This document shows, one piece after another, positions 54,909 through 64,000 of a DNA stretch of 64,000 nucleotides. The DNA comes from Dimorphilus gyrociliatus (lineage: Eukaryota > Animalia > Annelida), in NCBI GenBank assembly GCA_904063045.1, contig CAJFCJ010000019.1, forward strand, positions 3,106,684-3,170,683, read 5' to 3'. Position 1 is the stretch's first letter, and each line of letters begins with the position of its first letter. A program made the translations under genes and the position numbers. The notes beneath the pieces were generated by a model, which saw only the letters and a list, made by a program, of their open reading frames with translations, was not told the origin of the DNA and did not search any database.

Positions 54909-55579
54909 TTCAAAAAACTCTTAAACGAAAAACTTTCTAGAGATTAAACTTTATCAGTTTTCATGAGTTTTAAAGAATTTTTTCTGTAAGATCCTAAACT
55001 GTAATAACTGTTTCGATTAAATTGATTTTGGTAAAGATACTATCTCGCATAAGGGACTCTGGACATCATAGCAAGAAAATTAAAGTTATACTTTTCTGTT
55101 TTGTTCTAGTGGATTAAAGCACTGAAGTTATTTAATGCTGACAAAATATAGAATCTACAATTTTCTCTTACAACTGGAAAATTCTTGAATTTTTTCAGAA
55201 AGGTTCATGAATTTAGTATTTTTGTATTGTGTTTCCAGACAGTTTCTTTACTTTTATTGATTTAAAAAAAACTTAAATTTGTAAACTTGTCATATATACT
55301 TGTATTATTATATATAATATATAAATTGATAGTATAAGGAATTAAGGCAATGATTAATTATGATGATTTATTTTATTTCATAATATATATACATTTACGT
55401 TTATTTGACCACACATCAGCCAAAACGCCGATTCGTTCCTGTTTTTCTTTTTTTTTTTACCAAAAAAAACACATTTACCAACCTAAAATTTTCTTTCTCT
55501 AAATAGACAAAAGTAAAATCAGTGTTCACGATAAATGTGATTTCGAATCACATTTTTCTAACAGGCGCGTATTTGTCCA

Positions 55580-57537
55580 TTAAGCGTGACGACCGTGTTG
55601 TTGCTTCATTTTCTTGCGGCGGCTTTTCCTACCCACTTTAATCCCACAACAATTCGCAGTACCTTCTTCCATATCCACTCCATCAGTTCCACCTGCAATT
55701 GGGGTTTGGGAATAGTTAGGTCCGGTATCATCTCTTTCCTCATGTGTTGAACTGACAGCCTGTAAAAAAAATTTGATTGTTTATATTATCCTGTATTATT
55801 GGCGGCTACATTTACGGTGGTCACTTTTAATGAAAAAATTTATAAAATCAAAAATGTGGAGCAGAGGACAACAGCAATAGTGGGATGATTTCTTTTGACA
55901 TGCGCTGTGTGCAATCATTTTACCTGAACGGATCCGCCATGTCGATCAGTGGCAGCCACTAGCAGTTGACTGCCTCGATTATTTTCTGCCCAAGCATTAC
56001 CCCTCTGTTGCCCCGCTCCAGGAGCCTGTAACGCTCTCTTTTAATTATGTTTATGAATTTTTTTTTATATTAGAAGTTATTTATACAATTTGTTGTGCAT
56101 CGATGAATTTGGACTATCAACAAATTATATCTAAAGATTTTATACTTTTAATGCCTTAAAGTCTCTTATGGAGGTTTCATAAATGTTTCTAACGAATTGA
56201 TTTAGAATAATACCTGTGGCTTGCCAGATGTTTTGTTCGCAGGGGAAGAGGGATTGGCAGGATTTGAATCCACTGGATCATTAACTACTTGATTTGAACC
56301 GATGGAAGGGTTAGTGTTGTGCTTCCCGGTCCAGTCGAAGTTGTAGTCCAGTTCCCAATGGTTTTTGTGCATCATGTCATAAAATAACTTACGCAAATTC
56401 TCATAGTCTGGTGTTTCAAAGAAGTCCATTCTTCTCACACTCCGTAAGTACGTAGCTAATTGCGCTTTAGATGAAAAAAATTATTAGTTAAAAAATTACT
56501 ATAACTTTATTTTACGTACGAGGAAAATCTTCGCACAACGTCTCAATACTGGTTGCGCGCTTTGTGTCGCCTATTTTTTGGTAACGCTCTTTAAGGGTTT
56601 CTGCTTTCAATCCTTGCCAAGGTAAGGAACCTCTTAAAAAATACATAAACATATGTCCAAGAGCCTCTAAATCATCTCTTCTTGATTGCTCTTTTCCCAA
56701 ATGCGTATTAATGCTCATGTATCTAGCGGTTCCAGTCAAGCTCTTATGTTCCCGATAGGCGATATGCTTGTGAGTTTCCGGTTCAATATATTCTTTCGCC
56801 AAACCAAAATCTATTATGTGTATGATATGGTCCTTGCTACTAGATTTGCGACCAATGAGAAAGTTTTCCGGTTTCACATCACGATAAATAAGATGTTTGG
56901 AATGCACATACTCCATTCTAGTCAACTGAAAACAGTCAATGTTTAAACAGCCGTCATTTATACTAATTTATACTAATGACAAGCCTACCAATTGTATCGC
57001 AATCATCGATACGGTCTTGAGCGTAAATTTGCGATCGCATATATCAAATAAATCTTCGAGACTAGGTCCTAAAAGTTCAATGACAAGAGCATTGTATTTT
57101 CCACATGGGCCAAAGTAGTAAACTTGTGGAACTCCCTCTGCATTGTTCAAATTAACTATAGCAGTACAAACAAATAAGCCAAAGACTTACCGGCCTGTCC
57201 TAACTGTTTGTAAAAGCGGTATTCGAGATGCAGCTGAGGAGCCCTGGACTTCATAGGCTCCAATTTGATGGCCACATGTTCATTATTATATAAATTTTTG
57301 CCTATAAAAATATAACAGGATGTTACAAAAATATAGATCCAGGAAATGATTTTCGTAGGTACCTAGTCTCAATTCGCCAAAGTTTCCACTGCCAATCTTT
57401 TTTCCGACTCTAAAATTGGGGCCAACCATTAAACAACTTAGATTCGCAGCATTCGATTTGTTCGGTAAAGCCATTCTTCCTCCAGATGATGAACGGCCTC
57501 TACCACGAGTAGTCTCTTCGTTTCGTGGTCTCTGCAT
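55580..57537 (-). CDS. CSNK1G: Casein kinase I gamma (gilgamesh-like)
   Basis: [37 protein letters not shown] and [20 protein letters not shown]. The last exon ends [16 protein letters not shown]...HA* (Cys cluster plus polybasic tail typical of CK1 gamma), stop at 55582-55580. Confidence 0.96.
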
Positions 57538-58252
57538 AATTGCAGTGTGTTAGACAATACGTTTTTTTCAGCTGGTTATTTGTTGTCATGAATGTCTGTC
57601 CAAAAAGGCGGTAAAACTGCACGATTTGCGGCGCGGCGAAAACTGTAGTAAAGTTTATCACAAAAACCTCTTTCTCTAAATTAACCTAATCGAATTAAGA
57701 ACAATCGATATCACATAATCCGTGTCAATTATTTCACTTGCTGACCAACGGGCACTAGCTCACTTAAGTGATTTCAGAGCGGCGAGAAGACGTTATTTAC
57801 GGATTTATGTTTTGGCACAACCAGCAGAGAATATGGCTGACATCTTTATTACGAACTTGTTTCTGTTAAATTTACAAATCTTTTGATTACTATTTAATAA
57901 TTTAATTAAATGCTGAAAGAAAGCACAGCTTACTTGTTATATAGTCCAACGATGAGTTTTAATATTATAATATCGGATTAATTGAGGAACTATTTTTTTT
58001 CTAGAAAAAAAAAACCGTCTTTCACCGGAAATAGTTTATTATTATCTTTTTATAATAAACATTTTTAAATTTTATATTGTAAATTCGAAAAAACATTATT
58101 ATCAAAAAATAAAATAATACAATAAATTTTACGATTGTGACCAAGGACAACAAAAATGGCGGCGACATATTTTTAAACTAGTAGTTATTCTTTGTTCATT
58201 TCACGAAAAACATCATATTTCTTATAGTCTTTTGTGGGTAAAATCTTGAAGT

Positions 58253-61200
58253 ATGATTGAAAATGATGGCAGCTTGATTGTTATATCTTTATTCGCCGGT
58301 AAACAATATCAATATTTTTTTGTTTTGTCTAAACTTGCCCCATTCCAGGGAGAAAGTTTCCATTTCGATCAAAGTATCAACTTATAGCTGAGGGACGCTT
58401 TGACGGTGAACTATTAGCCACAGATCCGATTGAACATTTAGAGACTGTGGAATTTAAACAAGAATTGGCATGGAGTGTAGACAAAAAAGCTTTACACCAA
58501 CATCGACTACAGAGATCCTCCATAAAGATTCAGTTTTATGCTGTAGATAAAAGCAAATCCAAAAAAGAATCATTAGGATACATCATTCTTGATCTGCGCA
58601 GCGCTAACAAGAAGCAACCGGGAAAGTGGCTACAGATTTTACATTCTAAATACAGTAGTAAACCTGAGGTACTGGTTGCTATATATATTGATAAAGACAA
58701 GGAGGAGGCATCATCTTTTGAACGTCGTAGGTGTCTTAAATAATAATAAAAAATACATTTGAAATGATAATTGTAGAAAAAGAAAAGATTCCCACGCCAG
58801 TCACTTCAAAACAACTGAAACCTATTCTAAATGAGGAAGGTGGATACTTTCAAATAGGAGATAGTGAAAAATGTTCGGATGAATTTATATTATCAGTTAC
58901 TATTGCTTTTGCCGCAAACCTAATTAATGTTAGTGTGATTCAATATAGTTTCATATCCCTCAGATTTCGTCCTAGTTCATCTGATATTGGCTACAATATG
59001 CCAAGATTAATAATTTTTTGAATAGGCGACTAACCTTAATTAAATATCCGTAAAACACAAATTTATTTGAAGAATTTGGATGAAATCGCCCTATTCCAAA
59101 AATATTATTTCAAACATAGCTTGATTTTCAGCTTCTTCCGGCCGATCAGCCATCTCCCCTAAATTCAAATGGATTTTACTTTTATTATACTCTCATGGGC
59201 TCAGAAATCACTCAAGATCCCTTTTATGACCTGATTCATCCAAAATTTCAGTCAGTTCGAGCGTCGGTTCATGTACGAAGCAGCATTGATACTCTGAGAG
59301 AATTTTTTAAGAATCAAACTGGAATTGAAATTCATTTGTGTTCTGGTGATCAAAGTCTAGGCAGAGCAGTGATTAAATTGGACTCACTAATTAAACCTAT
59401 TTCAACTGAACTTTATATGAAACCGTTAACTGTCGAAGGAACATTTGAAGTAAAATTATAAAGTTTCTACTGGAATAGATTATTAATCTAAAGTTTTTCC
59501 TAATAGTTGGAACCTCCCAATCGTAATAAAATTCACGCCGTCAATGTTAGCCATGATTCAAAACCTAAGGTTGGAGCATCAGTTTCACTCCGCCGTTTGC
59601 AAGATATTGTAAGTACAACACATAAAATCATTTAAAAAATTCTGAACTATTGATGTTAATAGAAAGTTCCAGTAGAGGAACATTTAATCGAGGAAAAAGT
59701 AATAGAAACCGAAACCAATGATAAAGAAGACTTACCAAATCTGGAAAATATTCTAGGTTGTATCAATTGCATAGGAAAGACAATTGTAAACCAAAATTTT
59801 TTCAGAGGAACCTCCTATTCAAGATAAGAAAAAGGATATTAAAGGTAGTGCTATACAAAAATTCTTTCCTATTGTCCAACTTATATATCCTTCACAAAAG
59901 ATTCTAGTGCAGCTCCTGTAAAAGCACCTAGTACTGAGAAATACACACCTAGTTTTGGATCTTCAGAATCTTCCCCTCATCACTATTGCTTTTCTGTTAA
60001 TATGAAGACCCTTTCTGAGCTAAAATCTGATTACTCTTCTCTTTCAATCAGGTTATTAAACAAATTTAAACAAATTAATATTTATTTATATATAGCAATA
60101 CAATATGTTCCAGATATTCGTACCCTTTTTTTGGGGTAGCCGACCCAATAACGAGTTCACTAATTGAGAAAATTCCAGGTGAAACCGAGGTTGCTATCCC
60201 TCAGGGTTTCTGTGCTTTCGATTTTGCCGCTCTTGAAAGTCAAGTCGTTCAGACTTTTGCTAGAGCTCCCTTAAAAATAGAACTCTTAGGTAAAGAAGGT
60301 CTCCAAACAAAAATTTTAGCAGAGGGGGAAGCTGACTTAAGAAAGATTTTGAAATCTCAAAATGTTCCTGCCATAGTAATTATGAGCTTAATATCAAATT
60401 TTAGATAGTTTATTCAGTACAATCTTTTTTTGTCTTTTAGCATAGCAGTGGCATAAAAGGTGTACGCAAACTTTGGAATGGGAGTATTGAACTAGCTAAC
60501 AAGACTGAAGCACAAAAAAGTATTTTTTGTAAAATTATGATATCATTGTGCTTAGAAGATTGGGGTTTTTTGAGAAATGAACAACTACAAGCGTTCAATC
60601 ATGACCTTTCAACGCAAAAAGCAAATGCTCGGTCCACAGAAGAATATAAAACTGCCTTGGAATTGGAAATTTGGAAGGAGAGACAAAAGCATAAATATGA
60701 AGAACAGGTATGGAAAAAGAAAATTCATTGCCAAAATAACATTTTTTTTTGCCTATTACTAGCTTCGAGAAAAAGAGAGAAACAGAATGGAGGCAATCAC
60801 TGAGGAATGGAAGTGTAGAGAAAAAGAAAGAGAGCTGTTGGTTAAGAAAAAGGTAAAAAATTTATGTGAAGTAAATTAGATTAAAGCACGTCTTGAACAA
60901 CGATAAATGTATTCTGTTTTTTGCAAGTAATGATCACTGTACTTTTATACAGATTGCAGAATATACTGAACTTGAAAGCCAGTTACGTAAAACTCTGTCA
61001 GAAGTCGAAAAGAAAGAGCGACATCTGGTTGACGAAGAACAGTCAATCAGTAAAATAAAGCAAGATTTACAGGTAATACCTCAGAAAGTTTAACCAACAA
61101 AAAGAATAAAGTAATTTTTTTCTGTAGTATGAACACGATCGGAAAATGAAAGATATAAAAGACGCCTGGCAAAGAATAACTGAAGAAAGCGAGCACAAGT

Positions 61201-61820
61201 TAAAGTTAGAGAGATCTAAAGCAGATAGTTTAAGAGAAGAAATTAGCAAACTTCGCTCTGAAATAAAAGAAGCTGAGAATAAGTACGCTTCTCTTGACAA
61301 AGAATTTAGAAATTATAAGGAGCAATTAACATCTAAACCTGAATGTCGTCTTCAGTCTGAAATAAATATGTTGAACTTGGAGAAATCTGAATTGGAGAAG
61401 AAACTGCTTGTAACAACAAATGCCAAAGTTCATTATAAGCAACAATGGGCGAAAGCGATTAATGAACTTGCGCGGTTTAGAATAAAAGAGCAAGCCAGTG
61501 CAAAGCATCAACTCAAAAAACAACATCAAGAGTTGCAGCAATTAAAGATGCGCTACCTGGCCGCTGAAGAAAGTGATATTACTAAAAGTGAGAAGAGGCA
61601 GTTGGATATGATAAAAGAGGAACTAAATAAACTTCGCGTATTTCGCTCACCATCTGTTTCAACTCCGGATTCTGTTGTAGACGCTGACGATGAGCATCTT
61701 AGTCGATTAATTGAAGAGAGGGACACCTTGCTACAAACTGGCACTTATAATAGTGATGACAAGATAATTATGGAGCTTGAAAAACAAATTAGAGAATGCA
61801 TATCGAAGCATAACAGATGA
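58253..61820 (+). CDS. CEP120: Centrosomal protein CEP120 (three C2 domains plus coiled coil)
   Basis: ATG 58253 [16 protein letters not shown]; [11 protein letters not shown]; [18 protein letters not shown]; [12 protein letters not shown]; [11 protein letters not shown]; [28 protein letters not shown]. Confidence 0.95.
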
Positions 61821-62090
61821 TTTTTTTAATTATATATTCACCAACATCACAACAACCATTTACAAAACACGATTGAATGAGCTTTTTAATATTGAGATAT
61901 CGCTCATTTTTTAATTGTACAGATTCATTTCGAGCATTTTCGTAATATCTATACACACCTATTTACATTCTATAACTAGACATTTGAGAATATTTTATAT
62001 ACATAAAAGGAATTTAGATCAGGAAATTTATAGTTTTTGGAATGAGATTAAATTACTTAGCACCTGTGTAGAACACGGTCAGTTTGTCTG

Positions 62091-64000
62091 TTAATGCCAA
62101 AAACCATAGGCATTTGGAGGCGCAGAATTCCAGTTCTGCTGCCGGTGCAAATTCATTAAAGTAGGAGGATGAGAGATTGGCGCACGAGGTATATGAGACG
62201 CTGATTGAACGACGCAATGTTCAGCGGACTGACGTACAATAGAATTAGCCATTTGTTCTGTTTGACTTTTGTTCCGCTTACAAGCATTTAGTTCATTCGC
62301 CTGTTGTTGCTGCTGTTGCTGCTGCTGTTCTCTTCTTTTCTTCCACATTTCTGATTTTTGTTGATATTGAAGTTCTCCATGTCGAGCATAATTCATGTTT
62401 TTGTGCTGATAAAAAACTAGACTGATTCTGGTAGGATGAAATCTATTAGGTTCCCTAATTGCAGTTGTAGAATGCATTTCCCTCTTTGCGCATTCAAGAA
62501 GAACACTACCATGACCAAGGGCTAGTGCAACTCCTCCTATATTTTCATCCAAGAATAAATGTTCATTGTAGGAAATCTCCTCATGACCAGATTGATCTCC
62601 TTCAGTCGTATTGAAATCTTCACACCACCTTAACGAGTCCTCTCTGTTGATGTCTCCTGTTTTACTTCCATTCCACCACCGACGATTATCCATACCATCA
62701 GAATTTTGGGGGAAAATACCACTACCACAAGACATTTGAGTATACGGATTATTGTAATCTGGGTTGTTAGCTGTCACTAAAGAAGGTGATTGAAAGTTTT
62801 GCGCTCCCGTACCAGACGAAGACATTTGCATTTGTAAATTATGAGCCATACGCATGCGTTGCTCCAACTCGGCCTTGGTTGGAGCTTTCTTTTTTGGCAT
62901 ATCCCCTCCTCGTTTTCTCTTTTCTTCTTGTTGTTGCAATTTCCGCTTTTTCTTGCAAGGGGTAGGAGTTGATCGGATTCGAACTATTTGCTCAAATTTT
63001 GTTAACGTATTAACTGATCCATCTCTTTCCTGCTGTAAACGACTTTCGCGAGTTCCATCTTCAGCAGTAGGGTCAAGTATGCAAAGAGGGTGAACATGTA
63101 GTTGTTCATCCGGCCCTTTTCCCAGACCTCTGTGTTTAGTTAACGTTACTACCACAGTACTGCCGTTATTCATATTATGATTGTCCCGATGAGCATGAGA
63201 GCAATAGTCTATGCAGGCCGTTACACCAGAAAACGGTCGTCCAGAGTCTAGTCCTAAACGGCAGTCCAATCCATCTTTCTCGAATTGAGTTTGATTTCTA
63301 AAACTGTCAGGTGCTACTTGTTTGTAAATAGGACTTAAGTGAGAAGCGAGAGACTGAAGCGCATGCTCCAGTTGTGTTTCATGGCTCTCATTTTTCAAAC
63401 GAAATTTTCTGGGCTGTTGAGATCGAGCAAATTTGCAACCGTTGTAGTACATACTCCATGAACATCCGAAAGAAAATGATGCTCCTCCTACATCATCCTT
63501 CCAACCTTGACAGGCGCAAGTCTTTTGTTCGTTTGATCCACACCTTCTATCTGTCTGTAAACCGTATACTGGAAGTAATTGCCGAAGATAATCATATAAT
63601 TCATCAGCTTGTTGAGAAGGAACACCTTCCCAAACGACTATATTGACTGTGATAACTGCTTGAGGACAAGTATGTCCGACTCTTGGTCTCGCAATGATTA
63701 AAACTTTCTCCTCTATTGAAGATCGACGAATGATCCACTTTGAAACAGGACAACCTTGAGTTCCTTTCCCCTCTTTACCGGAGTAAATTATCTTTTCGAT
63801 TCGAATGGCATTCCCTGTTAATCCGGTTCTTTCTTCAAACAATTTTCTTATACCTGCTATACTTTGCGCTGCTCCAAGGTGGGTATAAAAAGGTCCTTCG
63901 ACTCGTTCGTCGTATACTGTATTTGATCCTAAACAATTACAGCTTGGCACCTCCTCTTGTGTATTACTTCTAAGCCTTTCAACTAAATCTGATTCTTCAT
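62091..64000 (-). CDS. TET: TET methylcytosine dioxygenase, catalytic 3' part (frame open to the window edge)
   Basis: Cys-rich region (EGPFYTHLGAA, GCPVSKWIIRR) and DSBH with HAHRD, ECAKREMHSTT and RISLVFYQHKNMN. The frame continues upstream of 63950 (RLRSNTQEEVPSCNC). Confidence 0.97.
   Translation of the reverse strand, partial: EESDLVERLRSNTQEEVPSCNCLGSNTVYDERVEGPFYTHLGAAQSIAGIRKLFEERTGLTGNAIRIEKIIYSGKEGKGTQGCPVSKWIIRRSSIEEKVLIIARPRVGHTCPQAVITVNIVVWEGVPSQQADELYDYLRQLLPVYGLQTDRRCGSNEQKTCACQGWKDDVGGASFSFGCSWSMYYNGCKFARSQQPRKFRLKNESHETQLEHALQSLASHLSPIYKQVAPDSFRNQTQFEKDGLDCRLGLDSGRPFSGVTACIDYCSHAHRDNHNMNNGSTVVVTLTKHRGLGKGPDEQLHVHPLCILDPTAEDGTRESRLQQERDGSVNTLTKFEQIVRIRSTPTPCKKKRKLQQQEEKRKRGGDMPKKKAPTKAELEQRMRMAHNLQMQMSSSGTGAQNFQSPSLVTANNPDYNNPYTQMSCGSGIFPQNSDGMDNRRWWNGSKTGDINREDSLRWCEDFNTTEGDQSGHEEISYNEHLFLDENIGGVALALGHGSVLLECAKREMHSTTAIREPNRFHPTRISLVFYQHKNMNYARHGELQYQQKSEMWKKRREQQQQQQQQQANELNACKRNKSQTEQMANSIVRQSAEHCVVQSASHIPRAPISHPPTLMNLHRQQNWNSAPPNAYGFWH

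Noticed and set aside
54909-55579. Possible missing TRIP4 5' exon or hidden gene between CSTF1 and CSNK1G
   Set aside because: The frames I translated close quickly and nothing resembles the TRIP4 N-terminus; it is best read as two convergent 3' UTRs.

Overview
Gene-dense, AT-rich eukaryotic (bilaterian animal) DNA with very short GT-AG introns (mostly 54-65 nt), several multi-kb exons and 60-300 bp gaps between genes. The gene content (EEF2K, ADGRV1, MYDGF, CEP120, TET, protostome-style scribbler) argues against an insect or nematode. It fits a miniaturised lophotrochozoan genome; Dimorphilus gyrociliatus is my guess, not a result. I can support 16 coding loci: SLC35D-like (3' end), EEF2K, COQ7, an orphan single-pass membrane protein, C15orf61-like, a DMAC1/DUF4536-like ORF, ANKFN1, a 12-repeat CDH23-family cadherin, an orphan secreted peptide ORF, MYDGF (absent from the ORF track), a ~21 kb ADGRV1, scribbler/ZNF608-609, TRIP4, CSTF1, CSNK1G, CEP120 and the 3' catalytic part of TET (the peptide ORF is tentative). 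No transposon, tRNA, rRNA or CRISPR array was seen. The strongest lead is a complete same-strand DMAC1-like gene that fills 363 of the 394 nt of the single C15orf61 intron, with its stop codon on the likely branch point, so splicing versus intron retention could choose between two putative mitochondrial membrane proteins. Other leads: a block of ANKFN1, CDH23-like and ADGRV1 that all end in class I PDZ ligands; an ADGRV1 that has lost its GPS cleavage residues; a perfect three-way-junction RNA fold at 50.4 kb; and long introns whose internal stems reduce them to about the modal intron length. All homology calls come from my recall of family motifs, not from database searches.
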